Assembly (NCBI GenBank): GCA_051546255.1
Contig: CP128818.1
Location: 992,001-1,056,000, forward strand
DNA length: 64,000 nucleotides
DNA from: Meyerozyma guilliermondii
Taxonomy: Eukaryota
Direction: 5' to 3'
A model generated the notes under the pieces. That model was not told the DNA's origin. It ran no database searches and worked only from the letters and a program-made list of their open reading frames with translations. Made by a program: the position numbers and the translations under genes. Within the stretch, counting starts at the first letter, position 1. Every line of letters begins with the position of its first letter. Shown piece after piece: positions 24,240-53,388 of the stretch.

Positions 24240-24639
24240 TCTTTTTTTTTTCCTTCTGCCACACACTCACCTTGACTTCTTTTGCTTCCATCTTGCACAT
24301 TCATGCTCTATACAACTCCCTCTATCGTCCTATACCATTGGTTTTGACTTTCAACTTTTCATGCTCCCCCTTCAACCTACCTCCTGCTCGCCCATCGACA
24401 GCGACGAACGAACAACTACTACTTTATGAACCGCGCACGACCTATCCGCGCACAAACGCTGAGCCAAAGATATAGCTAAATATCTTCAACTTGGGCTCGA
24501 AGCTTCGCCCGCGCACGACCTTTTTGCAGCCAAAAAGCAGAACCACTCTTGCGAATGGCCCTGCTCTTTCAATCATCTCTAAGCACCCGTCAACTCCTGT
24601 CGACGCAATACCAAGGGGTGATTGTGTGTGTAGACACAA

Positions 24640-28012
<3,373 letters not shown>

Positions 28013-28203
28013 TTGTTTGGTTGTTGTAAGGCCGGGCCAACAATACCAGAAATATCCCGCCACACCATTCAACGAGTTGGATAAACCTAATACATTGAGA
28101 GGTCGACAGCACTATCCAGTACTACCCATGCCAATACTTTTCAAGCAAACGCCTAGTCCGACTAAGAGTATCACTCAATACCAAACCCGGGGGTTTGAGA
28201 GAG

Positions 28204-28361
28204 AAATGACGCTCAAACAGGCATGCCCTCTGGAATACCAGAGGGCGCAATGTGCGTTCAAAGATTCGATGATTCACGAAAATCTGCAATTCATATTACT
28301 TATCGCATTTCGCTGCGTTCTTCATCGATGCGAGAACCAAGAGATCCGTTGTTGAAAGTTT
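28204..28361 (-). rRNA. RDN58: 5.8S rRNA, unit 2
   Basis: Copy at +8267. Confidence 0.96.
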
Positions 28362-28529
28362 TGAAGATTAATTCAAAATTTGACTAACTGTAAAAATAAT
28401 TAAATTGTGTTTTGTTAAACCTCTGGCCCAACCTATCTCTAGGCCAAACCAAAGCAAGAGTTCTGTATCAAAAAGACACTGTGTGTAAGGTTTTTCGCCG
28501 CGCAGTTAAGCGCTGGCAAAAGAATACTG

Positions 28530-28587
<58 letters not shown>

Positions 28588-28671
28588 AATGACCAAGTTT
28601 GACCAGCTTTTCGGTTCCAAGATGGAGTTGCCCCCTTCTTTAAACCAATCCGGAGGCCTCACTAAGCCATT

Positions 28672-28717
<46 letters not shown>

Positions 28718-29156
28718 ATCAACGCAAGCTGATGACTTGCGCTTACTAGGAATTCCTCGTTGAAGAGCAATAATTACAATGCTCTATCCCCAGCACGACG
28801 GAGTTTCACAAGATTTCCCAGACCTCTCGGCCAAGGTTAATACTCGCTGGCTCCGTCAGTGTAGCGCGCGTGCGGCCCAGAACGTCTAAGGGCATCACAG
28901 ACCTGTTATTGCCTCAAACTTCCATCGACTTGAAATCGATAGTCCCTCTAAGAAGTGACTATACCAGCAAAAGCTAGCAGCACTATTTAGTAGGTTAAGG
29001 TCTCGTTCGTTATCGCAATTAAGCAGACAAATCACTCCACCAACTAAGAACGGCCATGCACCACCACCCACAAAATCAAGAAAGAGCTCTCAATCTGTCA
29101 ATCCTTATTGTGTCTGGACCTGGTGAGTTTCCCCGTGTTGAGTCAAATTAAGCCGC

Positions 29157-29225
<69 letters not shown>

Positions 29226-30331
29226 AGAACCCAAAGACTTTGATTTCTCGTAAGGTGCCGAGTGCGTCAAAAAAAGAACAACACCCGATCCCTAGTCGGC
29301 ATAGTTTATGGTTAAGACTACGACGGTATCTGATCATCTTCGATCCCCTAACTTTCGTTCTTGATTAATGAAAACGTCCTTGGCAAATGCTTTCGCAGTA
29401 GTTAGTCTTCAGTAAATCTAAGAATTTCACCTCTGACAACTGAATACTGATGCCCCCGACCGTCCCTATTAATCATTACGATGGTCCTAGAAACCAACAA
29501 AATAGAACCATAACGTCCTATTCTATTATTCCATGCTAATATATTCGAGCAAAGGCCTGCTTTGAACACTCTAATTTTTTCAAAGTAAAAGTCCTGGTTC
29601 GCCAAACACCACAAGGGCGAATGGTTAGCCAGAAGGAAAGGCTCGGTTGGGTCCAGTACTCGCCAAAAAGGCGGACCGGCCAACCAAGCCCAAAGTTCAA
29701 CTACGAGCTTTTTAACTGCAACAACTTTAATATACGCTATTGGAGCTGGAATTACCGCGGCTGCTGGCACCAGACTTGCCCTCCAATTGTTCCTCGTTAA
29801 GGTATTTACATTGTACTCATTCCAATTACAAGACCCGAAAGGGCCCTGTATCGTTATGTATTGTCACTACCTCCCCGTGTCGGGATTGGGTAATTTGCGC
29901 GCCTGCTGCCTTCCTTGGATGTGGTAGCCGTTTCTCAGGCTCCCTCTCCGGAATCGAACCCTTATTCCCCGTTACCCGTTGAAACCATGGTAGGCCACTA
30001 TCCTACCATCGAAAGTTGATAGGGCAGAAATTTGAATGAACCATCGCCAGCACAAGGCCATGCGATTCGAAAAGTTATTATGAATCATCAAAGAGCTCAA
30101 AGAGCATTGATTTTTTATCTAATAAATACATCCCTTCCAAACAGTCGGGATTTTTAGCATGTATTAGCTCTAGAATTACCACGGTTATCCAAGTAGTAAA
30201 GGTACTATCAAATAAACGATAACTGATTTAATGAGCCATTCGCAGTTTCACTGTATAAATTGCTTATACTTAGACATGCATGGCTTAATCTTTGAGACAA
30301 GCATATGACTACTGGCAGGATCAACCAGATA
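28530..30331 (-). rRNA. RDN18: 18S rRNA, unit 2
   Basis: Copy at +8267. Confidence 0.96.
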
Positions 30332-32385
30332 ACTATCTTGAAGGCTCGCAAGAGCCCACATCGCCGTTCCAACTCGCATCGCTGCAAGTCTTCCCGACTG
30401 AAGTTATTTGATATAATTGCAACTGACCGAAATCAGCCGGTAGGTGCCCACAGCCCAGTCTAATGAAAGACCGCCTGCAAGCATCCTACATCCATATAGC
30501 CCTCTTTGAATTCCCCTGGTGTGATGTCCGCTAAACACTCCCATGCATAGCACAAGAGGTTTAACATAACCAACCATGGAGGAGGTTACAAGCAGAGAAT
30601 CACAGAACTAAATCCGGCTATTCAATGCCGCAGACCCCCAAGTAAGTTTTTAGTTGAACACTTGCCATCGGCTAGTAATCCACTAAATCCTTCAATGCTC
30701 ACACACAGAATCGCTAGATGTCTGATGTGAGACTGTTCAGGCTCCTTGCTTGCGCAAGATAACCCATGTTGTCTACCGTAAAGAGCATGCCGAAACTGAC
30801 GTCTCACCATAGAACTCTCCCCACTAAACAACGAGGCCATAAACACACCTGTACTCAAACTGAAGATTGCTCTTCAATTCTTTCTAATAGTGTTTCATGC
30901 TTTCGCATATAGTTCCTCCGGCCCTCATTTACTGCTTCGCATTTGATTCGCACGCAAATGGTGCCGCGAGTTTGCACCCAGTCCTGCACAATCCCCCAGG
31001 GCCTTTTGAATTGTGCGACGCTTTTCCATACAAATTCATCGACACCCTGCCATACAAAATGAAAAAAGTTCACACTTAGCGAAATTCACTCATCTCGACC
31101 CCCAACATGAGGTCATCATGAATAATTTTTTTTCGGCTTCTGAGGGTTGTCTGGTCGTTTGTACACATGTTTTACAACATTTTAGGGCATTTTGACAAAC
31201 TTTGTTTCAAATTGCGTTTTTACCCTTCCTACACCCCAGCAATCATCTGCAACTACTCAGAACTTTGCGAATTTATCAATTTTTGCAAATTGTATTTTTG
31301 GCCATTTTTTGCCAGATCCTGTCCCACTTTTCGCAGCCGCTGCCCGCACAACCGCGCACACTCCACACCCGCTCCACAAAAGCCCTTCCGCCGTTTTCCT
31401 TAATCCCCGCAAACAGCCCCAAAAACGTCCCTGCGCATCCATTTCACTCACCTATTGCCTATGCCACCTTCTTCCCCCCGTTTCACGCACTTTGCTTCCA
31501 CCCCACTTTCACACACCTGTGCTTGTCAGCTCAAAACTGCTGCAATCCATTTTTCAAATTGAACAGCGCACGACCTCAACCCACATAAAATCTACAATCA
31601 AGAACCATAAACTAAAAGCTCTGTATTCACAACCACAATGCAATTGGCATACCCACACCACCCCCGCTTCTTCATTCACCCTCCCTTCCTCCTGTACTCT
31701 GCCTGCTCACGTGACGTCCGTTTCGAACCGCGCGGTGGACGTCTCCCACTATCGCACTCGGCCCAAGTATTGCCCTGGTCTCCTACTACTCTGCCCGGTC
31801 AACCCATCTTATTTTCGTGAAAATTTTTCACGCCCAACAAACTCGCAACAACATGCAACGTCACTCATATAACAATTGCACACCACATACGTTCTGAAAT
31901 CTCATACTCAGACACCATACATTGCAGATACCACCGAACCATCCTCCATCACCAAATTTCTCGTCCGAGGCTCAACTACGATTTTCACTTTTGGAACCCA
32001 CTAAGTATCTACCCCTTGCTTCGAATCAACCTTATCCCCATTCATCCAACTTCCGACGATCCACCTTGACCATTCATCACAACCTTCATCCTACAATGTC
32101 CTTGATCCACCTTTTCCTGATCCATCATTTCCCGATCCACCATCCTATGATTTTTCTCAAATCCTCCTCTCTCCCCTCCTCTCTCCCCTCTCTCTCTCTC
32201 TCCCCGTAGGCCGTAGTCGTAGCCCGCCGTAGCCTGCCGTAGCCTGCCCCCACCTGGGGCCATATACAGAACAAAATAGCGGAGCCCCAAAAACACCCCT
32301 ACCATGCCCTGGCATAGCTTTTTTATGTTTACTTCCCATCAGGGCCCCCCGCTCATACATATACCACTTCAAAAGTATATATTTC

Positions 32386-32506
32386 GGTTGCGGCCATATC
32401 TAGCAGAAAGCACCGTTTCCCGTCCGATCAACTGTAGTTAAGCTGCTAAGAGCGAGACCGAGTAGTGTAGTGGGAGACCATACGCGAAACTCTCGTGCTG
32501 CAATCT
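32386..32506 (+). rRNA. RDN5: 5S rRNA, unit 3
   Basis: Copy at +16534. Confidence 0.97.
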
Positions 32507-32906
32507 TCTTTTTTTTTTCCTTCTGCCACACACTCACCTTGACTTCTTTTGCTTCCATCTTGCACATTCATGCTCTATACAACTCCCTCTATCGTCCTAT
32601 ACCATTGGTTTTGACTTTCAACTTTTCATGCTCCCCCTTCAACCTACCTCCTGCTCGCCCATCGACAGCGACGAACGAACAACTACTACTTTATGAACCG
32701 CGCACGACCTATCCGCGCACAAACGCTGAGCCAAAGATATAGCTAAATATCTTCAACTTGGGCTCGAAGCTTCGCCCGCGCACGACCTTTTTGCAGCCAA
32801 AAAGCAGAACCACTCTTGCGAATGGCCCTGCTCTTTCAATCATCTCTAAGCACCCGTCAACTCCTGTCGACGCAATACCAAGGGGTGATTGTGTGTGTAG
32901 ACACAA

Positions 32907-36279
<3,373 letters not shown>

Positions 36280-36470
36280 TTGTTTGGTTGTTGTAAGGCC
36301 GGGCCAACAATACCAGAAATATCCCGCCACACCATTCAACGAGTTGGATAAACCTAATACATTGAGAGGTCGACAGCACTATCCAGTACTACCCATGCCA
36401 ATACTTTTCAAGCAAACGCCTAGTCCGACTAAGAGTATCACTCAATACCAAACCCGGGGGTTTGAGAGAG

Positions 36471-36628
36471 AAATGACGCTCAAACAGGCATGCCCTCTGG
36501 AATACCAGAGGGCGCAATGTGCGTTCAAAGATTCGATGATTCACGAAAATCTGCAATTCATATTACTTATCGCATTTCGCTGCGTTCTTCATCGATGCGA
36601 GAACCAAGAGATCCGTTGTTGAAAGTTT
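36471..36628 (-). rRNA. RDN58: 5.8S rRNA, unit 3
   Basis: Copy at +16534. Confidence 0.96.
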
Positions 36629-36796
36629 TGAAGATTAATTCAAAATTTGACTAACTGTAAAAATAATTAAATTGTGTTTTGTTAAACCTCTGGCCCAACC
36701 TATCTCTAGGCCAAACCAAAGCAAGAGTTCTGTATCAAAAAGACACTGTGTGTAAGGTTTTTCGCCGCGCAGTTAAGCGCTGGCAAAAGAATACTG

Positions 36797-36854
<58 letters not shown>

Positions 36855-36938
36855 AATGACCAAGTTTGACCAGCTTTTCGGTTCCAAGATGGAGTTGCCC
36901 CCTTCTTTAAACCAATCCGGAGGCCTCACTAAGCCATT

Positions 36939-36984
<46 letters not shown>

Positions 36985-37423
36985 ATCAACGCAAGCTGAT
37001 GACTTGCGCTTACTAGGAATTCCTCGTTGAAGAGCAATAATTACAATGCTCTATCCCCAGCACGACGGAGTTTCACAAGATTTCCCAGACCTCTCGGCCA
37101 AGGTTAATACTCGCTGGCTCCGTCAGTGTAGCGCGCGTGCGGCCCAGAACGTCTAAGGGCATCACAGACCTGTTATTGCCTCAAACTTCCATCGACTTGA
37201 AATCGATAGTCCCTCTAAGAAGTGACTATACCAGCAAAAGCTAGCAGCACTATTTAGTAGGTTAAGGTCTCGTTCGTTATCGCAATTAAGCAGACAAATC
37301 ACTCCACCAACTAAGAACGGCCATGCACCACCACCCACAAAATCAAGAAAGAGCTCTCAATCTGTCAATCCTTATTGTGTCTGGACCTGGTGAGTTTCCC
37401 CGTGTTGAGTCAAATTAAGCCGC

Positions 37424-37492
<69 letters not shown>

Positions 37493-38598
37493 AGAACCCA
37501 AAGACTTTGATTTCTCGTAAGGTGCCGAGTGCGTCAAAAAAAGAACAACACCCGATCCCTAGTCGGCATAGTTTATGGTTAAGACTACGACGGTATCTGA
37601 TCATCTTCGATCCCCTAACTTTCGTTCTTGATTAATGAAAACGTCCTTGGCAAATGCTTTCGCAGTAGTTAGTCTTCAGTAAATCTAAGAATTTCACCTC
37701 TGACAACTGAATACTGATGCCCCCGACCGTCCCTATTAATCATTACGATGGTCCTAGAAACCAACAAAATAGAACCATAACGTCCTATTCTATTATTCCA
37801 TGCTAATATATTCGAGCAAAGGCCTGCTTTGAACACTCTAATTTTTTCAAAGTAAAAGTCCTGGTTCGCCAAACACCACAAGGGCGAATGGTTAGCCAGA
37901 AGGAAAGGCTCGGTTGGGTCCAGTACTCGCCAAAAAGGCGGACCGGCCAACCAAGCCCAAAGTTCAACTACGAGCTTTTTAACTGCAACAACTTTAATAT
38001 ACGCTATTGGAGCTGGAATTACCGCGGCTGCTGGCACCAGACTTGCCCTCCAATTGTTCCTCGTTAAGGTATTTACATTGTACTCATTCCAATTACAAGA
38101 CCCGAAAGGGCCCTGTATCGTTATGTATTGTCACTACCTCCCCGTGTCGGGATTGGGTAATTTGCGCGCCTGCTGCCTTCCTTGGATGTGGTAGCCGTTT
38201 CTCAGGCTCCCTCTCCGGAATCGAACCCTTATTCCCCGTTACCCGTTGAAACCATGGTAGGCCACTATCCTACCATCGAAAGTTGATAGGGCAGAAATTT
38301 GAATGAACCATCGCCAGCACAAGGCCATGCGATTCGAAAAGTTATTATGAATCATCAAAGAGCTCAAAGAGCATTGATTTTTTATCTAATAAATACATCC
38401 CTTCCAAACAGTCGGGATTTTTAGCATGTATTAGCTCTAGAATTACCACGGTTATCCAAGTAGTAAAGGTACTATCAAATAAACGATAACTGATTTAATG
38501 AGCCATTCGCAGTTTCACTGTATAAATTGCTTATACTTAGACATGCATGGCTTAATCTTTGAGACAAGCATATGACTACTGGCAGGATCAACCAGATA
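36797..38598 (-). rRNA. RDN18: 18S rRNA, unit 3
   Basis: Copy at +16534. Confidence 0.96.
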
Positions 38599-40652
38599 AC
38601 TATCTTGAAGGCTCGCAAGAGCCCACATCGCCGTTCCAACTCGCATCGCTGCAAGTCTTCCCGACTGAAGTTATTTGATATAATTGCAACTGACCGAAAT
38701 CAGCCGGTAGGTGCCCACAGCCCAGTCTAATGAAAGACCGCCTGCAAGCATCCTACATCCATATAGCCCTCTTTGAATTCCCCTGGTGTGATGTCCGCTA
38801 AACACTCCCATGCATAGCACAAGAGGTTTAACATAACCAACCATGGAGGAGGTTACAAGCAGAGAATCACAGAACTAAATCCGGCTATTCAATGCCGCAG
38901 ACCCCCAAGTAAGTTTTTAGTTGAACACTTGCCATCGGCTAGTAATCCACTAAATCCTTCAATGCTCACACACAGAATCGCTAGATGTCTGATGTGAGAC
39001 TGTTCAGGCTCCTTGCTTGCGCAAGATAACCCATGTTGTCTACCGTAAAGAGCATGCCGAAACTGACGTCTCACCATAGAACTCTCCCCACTAAACAACG
39101 AGGCCATAAACACACCTGTACTCAAACTGAAGATTGCTCTTCAATTCTTTCTAATAGTGTTTCATGCTTTCGCATATAGTTCCTCCGGCCCTCATTTACT
39201 GCTTCGCATTTGATTCGCACGCAAATGGTGCCGCGAGTTTGCACCCAGTCCTGCACAATCCCCCAGGGCCTTTTGAATTGTGCGACGCTTTTCCATACAA
39301 ATTCATCGACACCCTGCCATACAAAATGAAAAAAGTTCACACTTAGCGAAATTCACTCATCTCGACCCCCAACATGAGGTCATCATGAATAATTTTTTTT
39401 CGGCTTCTGAGGGTTGTCTGGTCGTTTGTACACATGTTTTACAACATTTTAGGGCATTTTGACAAACTTTGTTTCAAATTGCGTTTTTACCCTTCCTACA
39501 CCCCAGCAATCATCTGCAACTACTCAGAACTTTGCGAATTTATCAATTTTTGCAAATTGTATTTTTGGCCATTTTTTGCCAGATCCTGTCCCACTTTTCG
39601 CAGCCGCTGCCCGCACAACCGCGCACACTCCACACCCGCTCCACAAAAGCCCTTCCGCCGTTTTCCTTAATCCCCGCAAACAGCCCCAAAAACGTCCCTG
39701 CGCATCCATTTCACTCACCTATTGCCTATGCCACCTTCTTCCCCCCGTTTCACGCACTTTGCTTCCACCCCACTTTCACACACCTGTGCTTGTCAGCTCA
39801 AAACTGCTGCAATCCATTTTTCAAATTGAACAGCGCACGACCTCAACCCACATAAAATCTACAATCAAGAACCATAAACTAAAAGCTCTGTATTCACAAC
39901 CACAATGCAATTGGCATACCCACACCACCCCCGCTTCTTCATTCACCCTCCCTTCCTCCTGTACTCTGCCTGCTCACGTGACGTCCGTTTCGAACCGCGC
40001 GGTGGACGTCTCCCACTATCGCACTCGGCCCAAGTATTGCCCTGGTCTCCTACTACTCTGCCCGGTCAACCCATCTTATTTTCGTGAAAATTTTTCACGC
40101 CCAACAAACTCGCAACAACATGCAACGTCACTCATATAACAATTGCACACCACATACGTTCTGAAATCTCATACTCAGACACCATACATTGCAGATACCA
40201 CCGAACCATCCTCCATCACCAAATTTCTCGTCCGAGGCTCAACTACGATTTTCACTTTTGGAACCCACTAAGTATCTACCCCTTGCTTCGAATCAACCTT
40301 ATCCCCATTCATCCAACTTCCGACGATCCACCTTGACCATTCATCACAACCTTCATCCTACAATGTCCTTGATCCACCTTTTCCTGATCCATCATTTCCC
40401 GATCCACCATCCTATGATTTTTCTCAAATCCTCCTCTCTCCCCTCCTCTCTCCCCTCTCTCTCTCTCTCCCCGTAGGCCGTAGTCGTAGCCCGCCGTAGC
40501 CTGCCGTAGCCTGCCCCCACCTGGGGCCATATACAGAACAAAATAGCGGAGCCCCAAAAACACCCCTACCATGCCCTGGCATAGCTTTTTTATGTTTACT
40601 TCCCATCAGGGCCCCCCGCTCATACATATACCACTTCAAAAGTATATATTTC

Positions 40653-40773
40653 GGTTGCGGCCATATCTAGCAGAAAGCACCGTTTCCCGTCCGATCAACT
40701 GTAGTTAAGCTGCTAAGAGCGAGACCGAGTAGTGTAGTGGGAGACCATACGCGAAACTCTCGTGCTGCAATCT
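40653..40773 (+). rRNA. RDN5: 5S rRNA, unit 4
   Basis: Copy at +24801. Confidence 0.97.
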
Positions 40774-41173
40774 TCTTTTTTTTTTCCTTCTGCCACACAC
40801 TCACCTTGACTTCTTTTGCTTCCATCTTGCACATTCATGCTCTATACAACTCCCTCTATCGTCCTATACCATTGGTTTTGACTTTCAACTTTTCATGCTC
40901 CCCCTTCAACCTACCTCCTGCTCGCCCATCGACAGCGACGAACGAACAACTACTACTTTATGAACCGCGCACGACCTATCCGCGCACAAACGCTGAGCCA
41001 AAGATATAGCTAAATATCTTCAACTTGGGCTCGAAGCTTCGCCCGCGCACGACCTTTTTGCAGCCAAAAAGCAGAACCACTCTTGCGAATGGCCCTGCTC
41101 TTTCAATCATCTCTAAGCACCCGTCAACTCCTGTCGACGCAATACCAAGGGGTGATTGTGTGTGTAGACACAA

Positions 41174-44546
<3,373 letters not shown>

Positions 44547-44737
44547 TTGTTTGGTTGTTGTAAGGCCGGGCCAACAATACCAGAAATATCCCGCCACACC
44601 ATTCAACGAGTTGGATAAACCTAATACATTGAGAGGTCGACAGCACTATCCAGTACTACCCATGCCAATACTTTTCAAGCAAACGCCTAGTCCGACTAAG
44701 AGTATCACTCAATACCAAACCCGGGGGTTTGAGAGAG

Positions 44738-44895
44738 AAATGACGCTCAAACAGGCATGCCCTCTGGAATACCAGAGGGCGCAATGTGCGTTCAAAGATT
44801 CGATGATTCACGAAAATCTGCAATTCATATTACTTATCGCATTTCGCTGCGTTCTTCATCGATGCGAGAACCAAGAGATCCGTTGTTGAAAGTTT
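44738..44895 (-). rRNA. RDN58: 5.8S rRNA, unit 4
   Basis: Copy at +24801. Confidence 0.96.
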
Positions 44896-45063
44896 TGAAG
44901 ATTAATTCAAAATTTGACTAACTGTAAAAATAATTAAATTGTGTTTTGTTAAACCTCTGGCCCAACCTATCTCTAGGCCAAACCAAAGCAAGAGTTCTGT
45001 ATCAAAAAGACACTGTGTGTAAGGTTTTTCGCCGCGCAGTTAAGCGCTGGCAAAAGAATACTG

Positions 45064-45121
<58 letters not shown>

Positions 45122-45205
45122 AATGACCAAGTTTGACCAGCTTTTCGGTTCCAAGATGGAGTTGCCCCCTTCTTTAAACCAATCCGGAGGCCTCACTAAG
45201 CCATT

Positions 45206-45251
<46 letters not shown>

Positions 45252-45690
45252 ATCAACGCAAGCTGATGACTTGCGCTTACTAGGAATTCCTCGTTGAAGA
45301 GCAATAATTACAATGCTCTATCCCCAGCACGACGGAGTTTCACAAGATTTCCCAGACCTCTCGGCCAAGGTTAATACTCGCTGGCTCCGTCAGTGTAGCG
45401 CGCGTGCGGCCCAGAACGTCTAAGGGCATCACAGACCTGTTATTGCCTCAAACTTCCATCGACTTGAAATCGATAGTCCCTCTAAGAAGTGACTATACCA
45501 GCAAAAGCTAGCAGCACTATTTAGTAGGTTAAGGTCTCGTTCGTTATCGCAATTAAGCAGACAAATCACTCCACCAACTAAGAACGGCCATGCACCACCA
45601 CCCACAAAATCAAGAAAGAGCTCTCAATCTGTCAATCCTTATTGTGTCTGGACCTGGTGAGTTTCCCCGTGTTGAGTCAAATTAAGCCGC

Positions 45691-45759
<69 letters not shown>

Positions 45760-46865
45760 AGAACCCAAAGACTTTGATTTCTCGTAAGGTGCCGAGTGCG
45801 TCAAAAAAAGAACAACACCCGATCCCTAGTCGGCATAGTTTATGGTTAAGACTACGACGGTATCTGATCATCTTCGATCCCCTAACTTTCGTTCTTGATT
45901 AATGAAAACGTCCTTGGCAAATGCTTTCGCAGTAGTTAGTCTTCAGTAAATCTAAGAATTTCACCTCTGACAACTGAATACTGATGCCCCCGACCGTCCC
46001 TATTAATCATTACGATGGTCCTAGAAACCAACAAAATAGAACCATAACGTCCTATTCTATTATTCCATGCTAATATATTCGAGCAAAGGCCTGCTTTGAA
46101 CACTCTAATTTTTTCAAAGTAAAAGTCCTGGTTCGCCAAACACCACAAGGGCGAATGGTTAGCCAGAAGGAAAGGCTCGGTTGGGTCCAGTACTCGCCAA
46201 AAAGGCGGACCGGCCAACCAAGCCCAAAGTTCAACTACGAGCTTTTTAACTGCAACAACTTTAATATACGCTATTGGAGCTGGAATTACCGCGGCTGCTG
46301 GCACCAGACTTGCCCTCCAATTGTTCCTCGTTAAGGTATTTACATTGTACTCATTCCAATTACAAGACCCGAAAGGGCCCTGTATCGTTATGTATTGTCA
46401 CTACCTCCCCGTGTCGGGATTGGGTAATTTGCGCGCCTGCTGCCTTCCTTGGATGTGGTAGCCGTTTCTCAGGCTCCCTCTCCGGAATCGAACCCTTATT
46501 CCCCGTTACCCGTTGAAACCATGGTAGGCCACTATCCTACCATCGAAAGTTGATAGGGCAGAAATTTGAATGAACCATCGCCAGCACAAGGCCATGCGAT
46601 TCGAAAAGTTATTATGAATCATCAAAGAGCTCAAAGAGCATTGATTTTTTATCTAATAAATACATCCCTTCCAAACAGTCGGGATTTTTAGCATGTATTA
46701 GCTCTAGAATTACCACGGTTATCCAAGTAGTAAAGGTACTATCAAATAAACGATAACTGATTTAATGAGCCATTCGCAGTTTCACTGTATAAATTGCTTA
46801 TACTTAGACATGCATGGCTTAATCTTTGAGACAAGCATATGACTACTGGCAGGATCAACCAGATA
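45064..46865 (-). rRNA. RDN18: 18S rRNA, unit 4
   Basis: Copy at +24801. Confidence 0.96.
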
Positions 46866-48919
46866 ACTATCTTGAAGGCTCGCAAGAGCCCACATCGCCG
46901 TTCCAACTCGCATCGCTGCAAGTCTTCCCGACTGAAGTTATTTGATATAATTGCAACTGACCGAAATCAGCCGGTAGGTGCCCACAGCCCAGTCTAATGA
47001 AAGACCGCCTGCAAGCATCCTACATCCATATAGCCCTCTTTGAATTCCCCTGGTGTGATGTCCGCTAAACACTCCCATGCATAGCACAAGAGGTTTAACA
47101 TAACCAACCATGGAGGAGGTTACAAGCAGAGAATCACAGAACTAAATCCGGCTATTCAATGCCGCAGACCCCCAAGTAAGTTTTTAGTTGAACACTTGCC
47201 ATCGGCTAGTAATCCACTAAATCCTTCAATGCTCACACACAGAATCGCTAGATGTCTGATGTGAGACTGTTCAGGCTCCTTGCTTGCGCAAGATAACCCA
47301 TGTTGTCTACCGTAAAGAGCATGCCGAAACTGACGTCTCACCATAGAACTCTCCCCACTAAACAACGAGGCCATAAACACACCTGTACTCAAACTGAAGA
47401 TTGCTCTTCAATTCTTTCTAATAGTGTTTCATGCTTTCGCATATAGTTCCTCCGGCCCTCATTTACTGCTTCGCATTTGATTCGCACGCAAATGGTGCCG
47501 CGAGTTTGCACCCAGTCCTGCACAATCCCCCAGGGCCTTTTGAATTGTGCGACGCTTTTCCATACAAATTCATCGACACCCTGCCATACAAAATGAAAAA
47601 AGTTCACACTTAGCGAAATTCACTCATCTCGACCCCCAACATGAGGTCATCATGAATAATTTTTTTTCGGCTTCTGAGGGTTGTCTGGTCGTTTGTACAC
47701 ATGTTTTACAACATTTTAGGGCATTTTGACAAACTTTGTTTCAAATTGCGTTTTTACCCTTCCTACACCCCAGCAATCATCTGCAACTACTCAGAACTTT
47801 GCGAATTTATCAATTTTTGCAAATTGTATTTTTGGCCATTTTTTGCCAGATCCTGTCCCACTTTTCGCAGCCGCTGCCCGCACAACCGCGCACACTCCAC
47901 ACCCGCTCCACAAAAGCCCTTCCGCCGTTTTCCTTAATCCCCGCAAACAGCCCCAAAAACGTCCCTGCGCATCCATTTCACTCACCTATTGCCTATGCCA
48001 CCTTCTTCCCCCCGTTTCACGCACTTTGCTTCCACCCCACTTTCACACACCTGTGCTTGTCAGCTCAAAACTGCTGCAATCCATTTTTCAAATTGAACAG
48101 CGCACGACCTCAACCCACATAAAATCTACAATCAAGAACCATAAACTAAAAGCTCTGTATTCACAACCACAATGCAATTGGCATACCCACACCACCCCCG
48201 CTTCTTCATTCACCCTCCCTTCCTCCTGTACTCTGCCTGCTCACGTGACGTCCGTTTCGAACCGCGCGGTGGACGTCTCCCACTATCGCACTCGGCCCAA
48301 GTATTGCCCTGGTCTCCTACTACTCTGCCCGGTCAACCCATCTTATTTTCGTGAAAATTTTTCACGCCCAACAAACTCGCAACAACATGCAACGTCACTC
48401 ATATAACAATTGCACACCACATACGTTCTGAAATCTCATACTCAGACACCATACATTGCAGATACCACCGAACCATCCTCCATCACCAAATTTCTCGTCC
48501 GAGGCTCAACTACGATTTTCACTTTTGGAACCCACTAAGTATCTACCCCTTGCTTCGAATCAACCTTATCCCCATTCATCCAACTTCCGACGATCCACCT
48601 TGACCATTCATCACAACCTTCATCCTACAATGTCCTTGATCCACCTTTTCCTGATCCATCATTTCCCGATCCACCATCCTATGATTTTTCTCAAATCCTC
48701 CTCTCTCCCCTCCTCTCTCCCCTCTCTCTCTCTCTCCCCGTAGGCCGTAGTCGTAGCCCGCCGTAGCCTGCCGTAGCCTGCCCCCACCTGGGGCCATATA
48801 CAGAACAAAATAGCGGAGCCCCAAAAACACCCCTACCATGCCCTGGCATAGCTTTTTTATGTTTACTTCCCATCAGGGCCCCCCGCTCATACATATACCA
48901 CTTCAAAAGTATATATTTC

Positions 48920-49040
48920 GGTTGCGGCCATATCTAGCAGAAAGCACCGTTTCCCGTCCGATCAACTGTAGTTAAGCTGCTAAGAGCGAGACCGAGTAGT
49001 GTAGTGGGAGACCATACGCGAAACTCTCGTGCTGCAATCT
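48920..49040 (+). rRNA. RDN5: 5S rRNA, unit 5
   Basis: Copy at +33068. Confidence 0.97.
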
Positions 49041-49440
49041 TCTTTTTTTTTTCCTTCTGCCACACACTCACCTTGACTTCTTTTGCTTCCATCTTGCACA
49101 TTCATGCTCTATACAACTCCCTCTATCGTCCTATACCATTGGTTTTGACTTTCAACTTTTCATGCTCCCCCTTCAACCTACCTCCTGCTCGCCCATCGAC
49201 AGCGACGAACGAACAACTACTACTTTATGAACCGCGCACGACCTATCCGCGCACAAACGCTGAGCCAAAGATATAGCTAAATATCTTCAACTTGGGCTCG
49301 AAGCTTCGCCCGCGCACGACCTTTTTGCAGCCAAAAAGCAGAACCACTCTTGCGAATGGCCCTGCTCTTTCAATCATCTCTAAGCACCCGTCAACTCCTG
49401 TCGACGCAATACCAAGGGGTGATTGTGTGTGTAGACACAA

Positions 49441-52813
<3,373 letters not shown>

Positions 52814-53004
52814 TTGTTTGGTTGTTGTAAGGCCGGGCCAACAATACCAGAAATATCCCGCCACACCATTCAACGAGTTGGATAAACCTAATACATTGAG
52901 AGGTCGACAGCACTATCCAGTACTACCCATGCCAATACTTTTCAAGCAAACGCCTAGTCCGACTAAGAGTATCACTCAATACCAAACCCGGGGGTTTGAG
53001 AGAG

Positions 53005-53162
53005 AAATGACGCTCAAACAGGCATGCCCTCTGGAATACCAGAGGGCGCAATGTGCGTTCAAAGATTCGATGATTCACGAAAATCTGCAATTCATATTAC
53101 TTATCGCATTTCGCTGCGTTCTTCATCGATGCGAGAACCAAGAGATCCGTTGTTGAAAGTTT
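53005..53162 (-). rRNA. RDN58: 5.8S rRNA, unit 5
   Basis: Copy at +33068. Confidence 0.96.
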
Positions 53163-53330
53163 TGAAGATTAATTCAAAATTTGACTAACTGTAAAAATAA
53201 TTAAATTGTGTTTTGTTAAACCTCTGGCCCAACCTATCTCTAGGCCAAACCAAAGCAAGAGTTCTGTATCAAAAAGACACTGTGTGTAAGGTTTTTCGCC
53301 GCGCAGTTAAGCGCTGGCAAAAGAATACTG

Positions 53331-53388
<58 letters not shown>
